This document shows positions 10,996-23,417 of a stretch of DNA of 64,000 bases, in pieces; position 1 is the first letter of the stretch; each line of letters opens with the position of its first letter. Origin of the DNA: Octopus vulgaris (taxonomy: Eukaryota). The notes under the pieces were generated by a model. The model saw only the letters and a list, made by a program, of their open reading frames with translations. It did not search any database and had not been told where the DNA came from. The position numbers and the translations under genes are program-made. The DNA is taken from the NCBI GenBank assembly GCA_951406725.2, contig OX597822.1:5766001-5830000 (forward strand). The letters are read 5' to 3'.

Positions 10996-11550
10996 AACAT
11001 TTACCTGCTAACTCAGAAGCCTAATATGAATCCCTTATTCCAGCCTCAGCTGTGAACTTAGAACCTAATTAATGACCAATTATAGCACTTACTCAGCATA
11101 CCTTTCCGTTTTTTAGATCAGTGAACTAAACCCTTCATACTCTCTCTCTATGTTTCTCTCTTCCCCTCTCTCTCTATATATGTATGTATGTATGTGTGTA
11201 TATATCTTTCATAATTTAACCTTTCATCACTTTGTACAAAGCTGTTTTACTTTCTACTGTAGTCCAATTAGTCAAAGGGAGTCTTAGTCTTGTGAGTTTC
11301 AAGGGAACTTCAATAGTGCTAGTACCATGAAAAAAAAAAGGTCTTAGCACTTTCTGTAAAGCAAGTAATTTAGGAAAGGCATTGGGCCATAGAAGCCATG
11401 CCAAAGCAGACATCAGAAAAAGATGTAGTCCTCCTACTGTCAGACTCTGTCAAACCATCCAACCCAAAGGTACACATTAAAAGATCATGAGAGATGAAGA
11501 TGATGGTGATGATATATATATAAATAAATATATATATATAAATATATATA

Positions 11551-11885
11551 TCATCATCATCATCACCATCATCATTTAATATCTGTTGTCCATGCTGGCA
11601 TGGATTGGACGGTTTGACCAGGGCTGGTAAGCTGAGGGGTTGCACCAGGCTCCAGTTTGATTTGGCATGGTTTATACAGCTGGATACCCTTCCTAATACC
11701 AACCACTCTGAGAGTGTAATGGGTGCTTTTATGTGTCACTGGCATGGGTGGTAGTTGTGTGATGCCAGTATCTGCTATGACTACAATTTCACTTGGCTTG
11801 ATGGGTCTTCTACTCAAGCACAGCATATTGCCAAATGTCTCCAAAGTCATTTGTCTTTGCCTACGTGAGGCCCAATGTTTGGAAG
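11551..11885 (-). mobile_element. RTE 3' end
   Basis: (CAT)n tail at 11551, conserved 3' UTR and ORF end GAGACATTTGGCAATATGCTGTGCTTGAG. TA runs nearby on both sides. Confidence 0.8.
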
Positions 11886-11950
11886 ATGCTTTTTCTGTGC
11901 CACCGGTACAGGTGCTAGTACATGACACCAGCATCAAAAACATTGCCTCT

Positions 11951-11976
<26 letters not shown>

Positions 11977-11981
<5 letters not shown>

Positions 11982-12731
11982 CAATATAGGGTAGCAAAAA
12001 AATTCAAGAAAAATTTTCTGCAACCAGCGGCCAAGTGAGAAAATAGAAATAGTCACAGACTATATAATATATTCAAACAAAAGTATTAAGGAAAGACCCT
12101 TACAGGTCGTTCAACTCACTTGAAAAGAGCAGCCAAACTCAAAACCGCAAAAATAGTAGTAATTCTGAAAGCTAAAGGAGAAATAAAAACATTTATTCCT
12201 TTCAACTTTGTACCCTGCAAGGTTTCAACAATTTTTACGCAATCGAACTTAATTAAATTAAATTAAATCCGTTTACGATTGGGTTGTTTCATCAGCAAAG
12301 TCTCCAAAAGAAAAGGCGGACATATACACACGAGGCGACACCACTGAAGCCCCGAGTATATATATCCTAATTTTTCGAAATCCAACGTAACCGCGCCAAC
12401 TACTCAGCAGCAAATATAAACTGCTGATAGAATTTCAGAATTAGTCAAAAATTATTAATTTATCAATATAGGGTAGCAAAAAAATTCAAGAAAAATTTTC
12501 TGCAACCAGCGGCCAAGTGAGAAAATAGAAATAGTCACAGACTATATAATATATTCAAACAAAAGTATTAAGGAAAGACCCTTACAGGTCGTTCAACTCA
12601 CTTGAAAAGAGCAGCCAAACTCAAAACCGCAAAAATAGTAGTAATTCTGAAAGCTAAAGGAGAGGTTTTGAGTTTGGCTGCTCTTTTCAAGTGAGTTGAA
12701 TGACCTGTAAGGGTCTTTCCTTAATACTTTT

Positions 12732-12735
<4 letters not shown>
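11977..12735 (-). mobile_element. Tandem 482-bp non-coding retroelement (retrozyme/Penelope-pLTR-like) with an inverted terminal piece
   Basis: 11977-12181 recurs apparently identically at 12459-12663 (period 482). 12664-12735 is an inverted copy of ~12557-12629. (TA)n on both sides. No ORF in the supplied track. Carries a hammerhead. Confidence 0.8.
12205..12301 (-). ncRNA. Type I hammerhead ribozyme (extended stem II)
   Basis: Minus strand: ACTTTG-CTGATGA-AACAA...TTGTT-GAAA-CCTTGCAGG-GTA|CAAAGT. Perfect 6-bp stem I, perfect 5-bp stem II (plus an inner CAATCG/CGATTG helix), canonical core, GUA triplet. Cleavage between 12211 and 12210. Confidence 0.88.
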
Positions 12736-12771
<36 letters not shown>

Positions 12772-12779
12772 TCTTTTAT

Positions 12780-13135
12780 TCATTTATTTGTTTCAAGCAT
12801 TTGACTGTGGCCATGCTGGAGCACTGCCTTTAGTCGAGCAAATCGACCCCAGGATTTATTCTTTTTAAGCCTAGTACTTATTCTACTGGTCTTTTTTGCT
12901 GAACTACTGAGATACGGTGATGTAAACACACCACCATCGGTTGTCAAGCAATGTTGGGAGGACAAACACAGACACACAAACATATACATATATATATATA
13001 CACATATATATATATAGTGGACTCTCTCTTATTGTTCTATATATATATATACAACGGGACTCTTTCAGTTTCCGTCTACCAAATCCACTCACAAGGCTTT
13101 GGTTGGCCTGAGGATATAGTAGAAGACACTTGCCA
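12780..13135 (-). mobile_element. SINE family A (5'-truncated)
   Basis: Matches the full copies at 30553 and 51915. Confidence 0.85.
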
Positions 13136-13750
13136 CTCATATATATATATATATGTGTGTGTGTGTGTATGTATAAAATTAGAATTCAGTCTTCATACAT
13201 GTATGCATATGTTTGAATGTGAATTGTTTGCAGATAAGTATTATTTCTAAACAAACCTATTGACGTAAATGGAGCTTAAGACACATACATGCCTGAATCA
13301 ATATTTGAAGTTGATTAAAAGTATGAGAGAAAATATCAACTGCTGGAAACAATTAACTATTTTCTGAAAACTGCCCAATATAAAATTTATCTTTATTAAC
13401 ATTCCTACATTCCTATATTCCACTGAATGAGACTTATTCGATATTCTTAAGCTATTTTTAATTTTAATTAATAAACTAAAAACCTGAGCAAAATTAAGTT
13501 TTTTGTTTCTATTTACTTTGTAGAAAAATGGCATTAAAACAAACATCAACAATAATAACAACAACAACAACAACAGACATCACATAACAATAACAATTAC
13601 TTGAACAAGAGGATGATATTAAGAAATATATATGCATACGTTTGCACATACATACACACACACACGCGCGCACACACATATATGTATATACACATACATA
13701 AATACACATACATAGATGTGTGTGTATATATGTTGATAAATATATATATG

Positions 13751-13784
<34 letters not shown>

Positions 13785-13972
13785 GCATATATGTATTTAT
13801 AAATATATACATATTAACATATACATATATATGTATATGCGGAGACACATATAGATACAGATATACATACATGCATGTATATATGTGCAGACACACATGT
13901 ACATATATACATACATACATATATATATACATACATATATATATATATATGCGCAGACACACATATACATAT

Positions 13973-14020
<48 letters not shown>

Positions 14021-15472
14021 TCAGTAAACATACTTCAACTCTTTACCATGCCAAGCTACCCCTACCTCATGCTACACCGCACCTCAATATATTACGCCAC
14101 ATCATATCACACCACACCATGCTATTACTATCCCCCTACAGCATGTCTTAATTGAAATTTTAATGTCTTATTTTCTAAATATTAATTTGTGTGACGTTGT
14201 AGACTTTCAATATTTAACACGGAAAGCAAACAAATTCAGCACAGTAAAGATTTTTAACAAGTATAGTTTAATTAATCAGTTTGGGAATGATTATCATGAT
14301 CATTATCCAAGTTGTTGTTGTTCTTACTGTTGTTATTGTTGGTGTTGTTTTTAGGTTGTTGTTTTGTCATTATCTAATATGCAAAGACAATGTAATAAAT
14401 GCTAGCACTGCTTTAGGTGATAGCTGCATTTAAAATGGCAAGTCGAGAACAAATTGAAAATAAAATACAATCAAAATATAAATGAAGCATTAAATATTTG
14501 AGCATCTGAGATGCACAGGACATAAAGTTAATGTTAGATTCCTGACCATGTAGTCGCCAGTTCAAACTCTACTTCAGACTTTGTCTTGTGCCCTTGGGCC
14601 AAGTGATTCTGACTGTCTTTGTCTGCTTGTCTTATAATTTTTTCACCTTTCTTTCATGCTTCACATTAGGTGTCCATGTGACCATGTGGTGAGAAGTTTG
14701 CTGCCCAACCACATGGTTCTGTTTACTGTCCCACTGTGAAGTACCTTGGGCAAGTATCTTTTACTATTGCCCTGGGCCAATCAAAGTTTTGTGACTGGAT
14801 TTGGTAGGTGTAAACTGAAAAGTTTGGTAGGTGGAAACTGAAAGAAGCCTGTTGTATATATAAGTATTCATCTATGTGTGCATGTCTTTGTGCTTTTGTT
14901 TCTCTCCAACCATCACTTATTAACTGGTGTTGGTTTGTTTATGGCCCTTAACTTAGTGATTTGGCAGAAAAAGAGCAATAAAGTAAGTGCTAAGCTTAAA
15001 AATAAGTACTGGGGTCAAATTGTTTAATTAAATTCTTCGAAGTGGTGCCCCAGCATGGATACTGTCAAATGACAAAAACTAGTAAAAGAATGAGCAATTA
15101 TGAAGGACTTGTGGGTGCATAAAATTCACATGATGTTGATAATGATACAGCTGATGATAACGAAGAGGGTGATGATACCAAGTGAAAATACAGGGCAAAG
15201 TGTTTAGGGTGTAGGGCTAATGAGTGTAAGGTTGTGGTTTCAGTTCTTGGACCAGATAATAGATTGTGTACTTGAGCAGGGCAATGTTTCATGATGCTCC
15301 AGTCTACACAGTTGAAAATAGGTACCACCAGCAGCCAGAGAGTTATCTTTAGATTAGGCTGGCATCCTTATATTACCAGTTGGTACCCCATAAAAACGTG
15401 GATGGAGGCAATTGATGATAATGATTATAGAGTTGAAGTTAATGAGGATAGCAATCATGAAAATCAAGATAG

Positions 15473-15511
<39 letters not shown>

Positions 15512-15780
15512 ATATATGTATGTATTATCGTTATTTTTCTTTCTTTCTTTGTTTCACTCATGCTTGCTTGCTCATTTTCCTTTTTCTTACATACTTACAC
15601 ACACATACATACACACATAAACGTGCACATACACACACACACATACACACGCACACATACACATGCACACACACAAACACACACACAGATTCAATATAAC
15701 AAAAGAACATTCTCTTTTCCATTCTGCTCCAGATTTTTTCAATTAACTCATATACGCATATAAAAGATATAATATTCTGT

Positions 15781-16180
15781 AAGGAGTGGCTGTCTGGTAA
15801 GTAGCTTGCTAACCAACCACATGGTTCTGGGTTCAGTCCCACTGCGTGGCATCTTGGGCAAGTGTCTTCTGCTATAGCCCCGGGCTGACCAATGCCTTGT
15901 GAGTGGATTTGGTAGACAGAAACTGAAAGAAGCCTGTCGTATATATATATGTATGTGTATGTGTTTGTGTGTCTGTGTTTGTCCCCCTAGCATTACTTGA
16001 CAACCGATGCTGGTGTGTTTACGTCCCCGTCACTTAGCGGTTCGGCAAATGAGACCGATAGAATAGGTACTAGGCTTACAAAGAATAAGTCCCAGGGTCG
16101 ATTTGCTTGACTAAAGGCGGTGCTCCAGCATGGCCGCAGTCAAATGACTGAAACATGTAAAAGAGTAGGAGTATAAGAGT
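15781..16180 (+). mobile_element. SINE family A (tRNA-like head, CORE-like segment, internal (TA)/(TG) microsatellite, GAGTAAAA-type tail)
   Basis: A-box-like TGGCTGT.TGGT, B-box-like GGGTTCAGTCCC, CTTGGGCAAGTGTCTT, tail GGTGCTCCAGCATGGCCGCAGTCAAATGACTGAAAC. Degenerate copies at ~14670-15095, 19662-20090, 39815-40220, 42630-42965, 53535-53700 and 58660-59150. Confidence 0.9.
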
Positions 16181-16726
16181 ATATATAATTTCTGATGATT
16201 CTCTGATAAAAGCATTAAATGAATAATTATTCAAAATTCTGATGACCTCCTTTTTCTTATTATATAAAATCTGTACACCACTTCAAACAATCTGTACACA
16301 CACATGCACACATGCACATACACACATGTGCGTGCACACACACACACACTCACACACACACACACGCACATAGTAGCTGCTTTCTTGAATACGAGCAAAG
16401 CCATTGCTAGAAAGAATCATTGAAATGAGTCATTGATGATGCTATGTGAGGCCCTTGTGTGACCCTTGAGTTCAACCAAAGATTTGCACAATGCACAACT
16501 GTGCTGGATGGCAGAGGGAACAGGTGCCACAGCATGAATTTTTTTTGAGATGCCTTTTCAATCCTCCAACTCAAAGGCATACCTTTCCACAGGTTATACA
16601 TGTCATGTTATGAAGAATAGCCCTTCACAATTTACAATTTATTCTTTCCATATATATATATATTGTAAAGCAAATGTTCAGTATGTCAATCTAAGTGGCG
16701 TTTGTGACCTTTGTAGAGAGTTGTCA

Positions 16727-17350
16727 TCATAATCATCGTCATCATCATCATTTAACGTCCGATTTCCATGCTAGTATGGGTTGGACGATTTGACTGAGGA
16801 TTGGCAAACCAGATGGCTGCACCAGGCTCCAATCTGATCTGGCAGAGTTTCTATAGCTGGATGCCTTCCTAATGCCAACCACTCCGAGAGTGTAGTGGGT
16901 GCTTTTACGTGCCACCGACACGAGTGTCAGTCAAGCAGTACTGGCAATGGCCACACTCAAATGGTGTTTTCTTTACGTGCCACCTGCACAGAAGCCAGTC
17001 CAGCGGCACTAGCAACGACCTCACTCGAATGGCTTTTCACGTGTCACCAGTAAAAGTGCCAGTAAGGCAATGCTGGTAACAATCACACTTCAATGGTGCT
17101 TTTTATGTGCCACCAGCACAGAAGCCAGTCAGCTCTTCTGGCCCATGATCACGCTTGGATGGTGCTCTTAGCGCTCCACTAGCATGGATGCCAGTCATCG
17201 AATCTGATTTTGATTTCACTTGCCTCAACAGGTCTTCGCAAGCAGAGTTTAGTGTCAAATGAAGGAAAGGTATGCATAAGTCAGCTGGTTACACCCCTGG
17301 CATAGGCCATGAGGTTATGGTCTCACTTGGCTTGCCGGGTCTTCTCAAGG
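16727..17350 (-). mobile_element. RTE 3' UTR with internal tandem repeats
   Basis: (CAT)n tail and repeated TTTTACGTGCCACC units. Homologous to 20400-20940. Confidence 0.85.
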
Positions 17351-17690
17351 AAGCAGTCATAAAAGTATATTAGAAAATAATATAGTGTGCAAGTATGGCT
17401 ATATGGTTAAGAACTTAGCCTCCCAACCACATGGTTCCAGCTCAGTCCCACAATATGGCACCTTGAGCGAGTGTCTTCTTTGTCAACTAAAAACCATGTG
17501 AGTTGATTTGGTTGATAGAAACTGAAGAATAATGAACATGGCTGTGTGGTAAGAAACTTGCCTCTCAACTGCATGGTTCCAAGTTTAGTCTCACTGCATG
17601 GTACCTTGGGCAAGTGTCTTCTGCTATAGCCCCAGGTCAACCAAAGACTTGTGAGTGAATTTAGTAGATGGAAACTGAAAGAAGCCTTTC

Positions 17691-17726
<36 letters not shown>

Positions 17727-17731
<5 letters not shown>

Positions 17732-18210
17732 TAAGATCTGGTTATCAAATCTAAGTAGAGACTTCAAACTTGAAATCTTCAAAGCCACAGTCGAACCAAT
17801 TCTACTATATGGCTCAGAAACCTGGACGTTATCAAAGAAGCTTGAGAGGCGGTTGCATGGAACCTATACTTGCCTCCTTATGAGAGCTCAAAATCTCTCG
17901 TGGAAGCACCATCCAACCAAAATGCAAATATATGGGAAACTACCACCTGTGTCATCTCTTGTGAAAGGTAGGAGAGTCCAGTTTGCTGGACATTGTTGTA
18001 GAGTTGAAAACGAGGCAATTTCTACTCTTCTCCTCTGGAAGCCATCTACTCATAATATCAGAGGGTGCACACTCCCCTACCCTGATATAATCTCCAGGGA
18101 TACAGGCATCCAGCAACAGGACCTCCATAATGCCATGATAGACCGTGAAGTCTGGCGTAGCATGGTAAATTCCATTGTCTCGACCACGGTTGAACAATGA
18201 TAATGATGAT
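17727..18210 (+). mobile_element. Second RTE-clade family, C-terminal fragment, inside the (TA)n of a SINE A
   Basis: 157-aa ORF with IFKATVEPILLYGSETWTL...LLMRAQNLSW...FAGHC...DREVWR and a TGATAATGATGAT tail. SINE A head at 17536-17693 and tail at ~18432-18570. Confidence 0.85.
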
Positions 18211-18367
18211 CAGCCATAAAACGATCGTAGTGTTTTACTCATTATCTTTTATTAAACTTTTAATACTTTTGATATATATTTAAAATAATGTAAATTAATT
18301 AATTTTATGTATTGGCTTAAGTTTTTCATTGTTTGATTTGCCTAATAGTGGTTTTATCTCTAATTTA

Positions 18368-18422
<55 letters not shown>

Positions 18423-18660
18423 GTGTGTGTGTCTTTGTTCCTGTGCTTGTCTCCCTATACTGGTGTGTTTAAGAAACCAATAGAATAAGTACCGGTTTTA
18501 AAAAATAAGTGCTGAGATTGATACATTTGACTAAAAATTCTTCAATGACTGAAACAAGTAAAAGAAAAAAATAATATTTTGATGAGAAAATATGAATTCA
18601 CTCACACAAACTCACATATAGACACAGTCACACACATATCTGTGTGTGTGTGTGTTGGAT

Positions 18661-18693
<33 letters not shown>

Positions 18694-18703
18694 GGATGTA
18701 TGT

Positions 18704-18737
<34 letters not shown>

Positions 18738-19831
18738 GCGATAGTGTTTGTGTCTCTTCAGCTTGACATTATGTTGTTCACTTCTGATTCTCTGTGAAAA
18801 CATGTCAAGCCATTGGGAAAAATTATTATCTTCCTCTGGAGGTGGGGATTGGTGACAGGAAGAGCATCCAGCTGTAGAAATTGTGCTTCAACAAATTCAC
18901 TCTGATCCATGCAAATGGAAAAGTGGAAGTTAAAATGTGAATAATAATTCTCATATAATGTTCTCATTTTTTTGTTTTGAACTACAAGGAACTATTACAA
19001 AATTTTCGAGTAGATTATAGAAGTGTGTGTCACATTTGGGAGTCATGATATTGCATGCATCTTTATCCTAAGGCTATTCTTGACCATTTTCATATAAATC
19101 CACTTGAGACCACCTCTAGTTCTATTGCTCAAAACCAGTCAGTTTTAAAATGTTTGTATTTAAATTAAAAACTCTCATTAAAATTTTGAGTGAAATTCTT
19201 CTGTTGTGTTCCTGTCACCAGATTAATAACAGAAAAGTTAGTTATTTTAAATAACTACTTCAGGTTCTTAATTATCTTTAAAATTAATTAAAAACGGATT
19301 GGAGGATGGCAGCTACATAACAATGAATCAAATACAATTGTAAACAATTGAATGAACTCTTAGTGACTACCAAATTTTAGTGATTTTGAAGATTTTATAG
19401 CTTCATATGTTTCTTGGTATGAATTCCAAGAAAAAAGGATTAGAGAGAATTTTCCAGCTTTGGAAACCATGATAAGAATTTTGTCTGGTCAATAATAAAG
19501 AATTGGAGGATGGCAGCTACATAACAATGAATCAAATACAATTGTAAACAAGGAAAACATCCTTAAAAGTATACACCCTCCCGCATTGTAGGCCCCTTGG
19601 GTAAATGTCTTCTTACAATAACTCCTGGCTGACTAAAACCTTGTGTGTAGAATTGAGTAAGTGCAGGCATTGTTTGTATGGTAAGAGGCTTGCTTCCAAA
19701 TCACATGATTCAGTCCCATTGTGCTGCACCTTGAGCAAGTGTCTCTATTATAGCTTTCGGTCAACCAAAGCCTTGGGAGTAGATTTGACAGACAGAAACT
19801 GAAAGAAGCCCTTTGTCTATATATATATGTG

Positions 19832-19869
<38 letters not shown>

Positions 19870-20257
19870 TATATGTCTTTGAATCTGTTTGTCCACCACC
19901 ACTGACAACTGGTGTTGGTATGTTTACATCCTAATAAATTCATAACTTAACAGCTCAGCAAAAGAGATTAATAGAATAAGTACTAGGCATAAAAAAAAAA
20001 GCCCTGGGGTCGATTTATTCACTAAAACCCTTCAAGGACTTGACCCAGCAAGGCCTCAGTTGAATGACTGGAAAGTAAAAGATAAAAGATTTATTCAAAG
20101 CGACGAAAATATTTTGACAAATTAAATTTAAATGTTGAAGTGAATCTAACGGTTTTGTGTGTTTCTTAAATGGCTTATAAACACCTTCCACGCTGTAATT
20201 GTTTTCATTCTAGCACACGATCTCAAAGCAGGTCACTCGCTATGCAAGTACATCTTC

Positions 20258-20292
<35 letters not shown>

Positions 20293-20294
<2 letters not shown>

Positions 20295-20940
20295 GAGGTG
20301 GTGAAGCACGACCTTCGAACTTTAGGTCTCACTGAGGAAATGACTAGAGACCGAGACCTCTGGAAGTGTGCTGTGCGCGAGAAGACCCGGCAGGACAAGT
20401 GAGTCCATAACCCCGTGGCCTTCTACATGGGATGGAGCCAGCCTACGTATGCATACCTTCCCTTCTTGGGACACAAAACTCTACTTGTGAAGACCTGTTG
20501 AGGCAAGTGAGGATCAGAATCGAAATCGATCAATGGAAATTGCAGATGTGTTACCAGTGCCGGTGGCATGTAAGAGAACCTTCCGTTTCGCGACCGTTAC
20601 CAGCGCCGCCCCAACTGGCCTCATGCCGGTGGCACGTAAAAAGCACCATCCGTTCGTGTCCGTTGCCAGCCTCGCCTGGCCCCGTGCCGGTGGCACATAA
20701 AAAGCACCATCCGATCGTGGCCGTTTGCCAGCTCTGTCTGGCACCTGTGCGGGTGGCACGTAAAAAGCACCCACTACACTCACGGAGTGGTTGGCGTTAG
20801 GAAGGGCATCCAGCCGTAGAAACACTGCCAGATTTGACTGGGCCTGATGAAGCCTTCTGGCTTCACAGACCCCAGTAGAACCGTCCAACCCATGCTAGTA
20901 TGGAAAACGGACGCTAAACGATGATGATGATGATGATGAT
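20293..20940 (+). mobile_element. Young 5'-truncated RTE LINE in a (TA)n tract
   Basis: EVVKHDLRTLGLTEEMTRDRDLWKCAVREKTRQDK*, CpG-rich 3' UTR with ~58-bp repeats, (GAT)n tail, (TA)n on both sides. Confidence 0.92.
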
Positions 20941-21323
20941 ATATATATATAACTGGGTTTAGGTGACTGAATTCATAATTCCTCATCTATATATCTTCAT
21001 CCTCTGGATGAAAACAATGACATTGTTAAGAGTGTCACTTGTTTCTTGTCCACCAAGAAAGCATATCCAGGTCTTTTGACATGTGTTGATATGTTTTCTT
21101 GGATCTTTGTAACGCAAAAAAGATTATCCATTCAGAAACACTTGTTTCTAGTTTTCAATGTAAATATGTCTGAGCTATTTGTTAGTTTTGTAGACTGAAG
21201 AATTATTTGCTCACTTAAGAAGATGTGTAGGTTGGTTACGGGAAAGGCCTCCAGCTATATAGAAAACTTGACTTCAGAATATTCCTGCCTGATCCATGCC
21301 TGTATAGAAAATATATTAAAACA

Positions 21324-21382
<59 letters not shown>

Positions 21383-21390
21383 AGTTATCT

Positions 21391-21692
21391 TCTTTATATA
21401 TAAAAGTGAGGTTGTGTGCTGTCTGTCTCCTACGATTTAGATTCCTAACTACTCCCACATTTTGCGGTGCAGTTTAACCAAAAGCGGGTATCTTATAGTC
21501 GTGATTCATATCGAGACCTTCTGGGTATTAGCGCGCATCTACAATGAGTCTACGATTAAAAAAAAAATTTACCATCATTTTTTCCCATTTTTAATGCATT
21601 TTTTTGCTATTATATAAGGGAAGTAACTCTCTAAAAATGCTTATATAATTATTTTCCTTACAAACCCGAGCAACGCCGGGCGATACTGCTAG
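21391..21692 (+). mobile_element. Non-autonomous Helitron
   Basis: 5' TCTTTATATATAAAAG, CTGT repeats, 3' hairpin CCCGAGCAACGCCGGG and CTAG|T end. No TSD. Confidence 0.85.
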
Positions 21693-21714
21693 TTAAATAT
21701 ATATGCCTTTTATT

Positions 21715-21890
21715 TAAATAAGAAAAGTGCCTTTAAAAGTAAGCACCCATTTTAAAAGTAAATAAGGAAAGTGTCTTTAAGAATACACACCTACTGTTAT
21801 TGGATATAATGAAAGTATCTTCAAAATTATACATCTCATTTTAATTGTAAATAAGGAACACATAAAAATACACACTCTGTTTTATAGGTG
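21715..21890. repeat. Degenerate ~44-bp AT-rich minisatellite (about 4 units)
   Basis: Recurrent AAATAAG(G)AAAGTG..TTTAA..A.TAC.CACC motif. Confidence 0.5.
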
Positions 21891-23041
21891 ACCAATTAAG
21901 ATCAACTAATATGCAATTTGTCTTTTATTTGAATGAGCTCTTAGTGACTAACAAATTTTAGTGATTTTGAAGATTTTATAGCTTCATATGTTTCTTGGTA
22001 TGAATTCCAAGAAAAAAGGATTAGAGAGAATTTTCCAGCTTTGGAAACCATTATAGAATTGATAAGAATTTTGTCTGGTCAATAATAAAGAATTCCTTAC
22101 TGTTTCTTATTGAATGCTGAGCAGAATAGGAGTGACTGTTAATTAGTTAAGCTGTTGATTGAGTGCTGATATTCTTCATGTAGTGAGCAAGAACATTTCA
22201 ATTAATTAAAATTAATTTTGTAATGAAGTGAAGGAAACATATGTTGAATGACTCATTTTAATTAAATCTGGTCAAGTAAAAGGAGTGAGAACTTTTAGTT
22301 AATTAAAATTTTAATTAGTTAAAATTTTAATTGATAAATTTTAAATTAAATAAAATTTCAATTTTAATTTCATTGTAATTTATTAAAATTTGAATTACAC
22401 GTGTGGTAGAAACATGGAAAACGTAAGTTTTGAATGAATATTACATTAATCTAATCATTGAAAAAGATGGTAGCAATTTTGAACATGTTTCAATCTTGTT
22501 AAACCTCTTTAGCAAAGTATATCCTTTTCCACTGTATATCAGATCTTGTGACAGAACACCACTCTATAGAAGTGCATGAAATATCCTTAATTTGGCATGG
22601 TATCATAGTATAATGATCGAGGGGAGAAATTTCCTTGGCTGTGAGTGATTTACAGCATTATTTTTCCCTCTTAAAGAATAATCACATACTTTCAGGATCA
22701 AAAGCTTCAATCATGAAGTGGGCATGTTAGTTAAGAGGTAAAAGTGTGGTATCTTGTCTTGCAGTCTTTAGTTTGTGTCGACAATCATTCAGCATTTGTT
22801 GATAATGATTTTGTTTAGCCTCAAGTCAACCATTATTGAGTAGACTTTTGATTGAAGACATTCTCACCACGACAATCCAGTCAGTTTTTATAGAATTATA
22901 TTACAATATCCTTTTCTATCACAGTTTGTTTTAAAAAATGCTAAGGTGTGATTCGAGGGAGATTTCTATGCTATGTCTAGCAGATAAAACAACTACATTC
23001 AAGTTTGATTGTTAATCCTTGTATATCAAAAAAAATTAATT

Positions 23042-23417
23042 TGTGTGTCTGTCTCCTACGATTTAGATTCCTAACTACTCCCACATTTTGCGGTGCAGTT
23101 TAACCAAAACCGGGTATCTTATAGTCGTGATTCATATCAAGCCCTTCTGGGTATTAGCGCACGTCTACAATGAGTCTACGATTTAAAAAAAAAATTACCA
23201 TCATTTTTTTCCATTTTAAGGCATTTTTTTCGCTATTATATAAGGGAAGTAACTCTCTAAAAATGTCTACGATGAGTCAACGATTTAAAAAAAATTTACC
23301 ATAATTTGTTTTCCATTTTTGATTCATTTTTTTGCTATCTTTTGGCTATAACTCTCTAAAAATGCTTATATAGTTATTTCCCTTACAAACCCGAGCAATG
23401 CTGGGCGATACTGCTAG
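23042..23417 (+). mobile_element. Non-autonomous Helitron (5' end missing)
   Basis: Same family as 21391, with an internal subrepeat duplication. Ends with hairpin plus CTAG|T. Confidence 0.85.
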
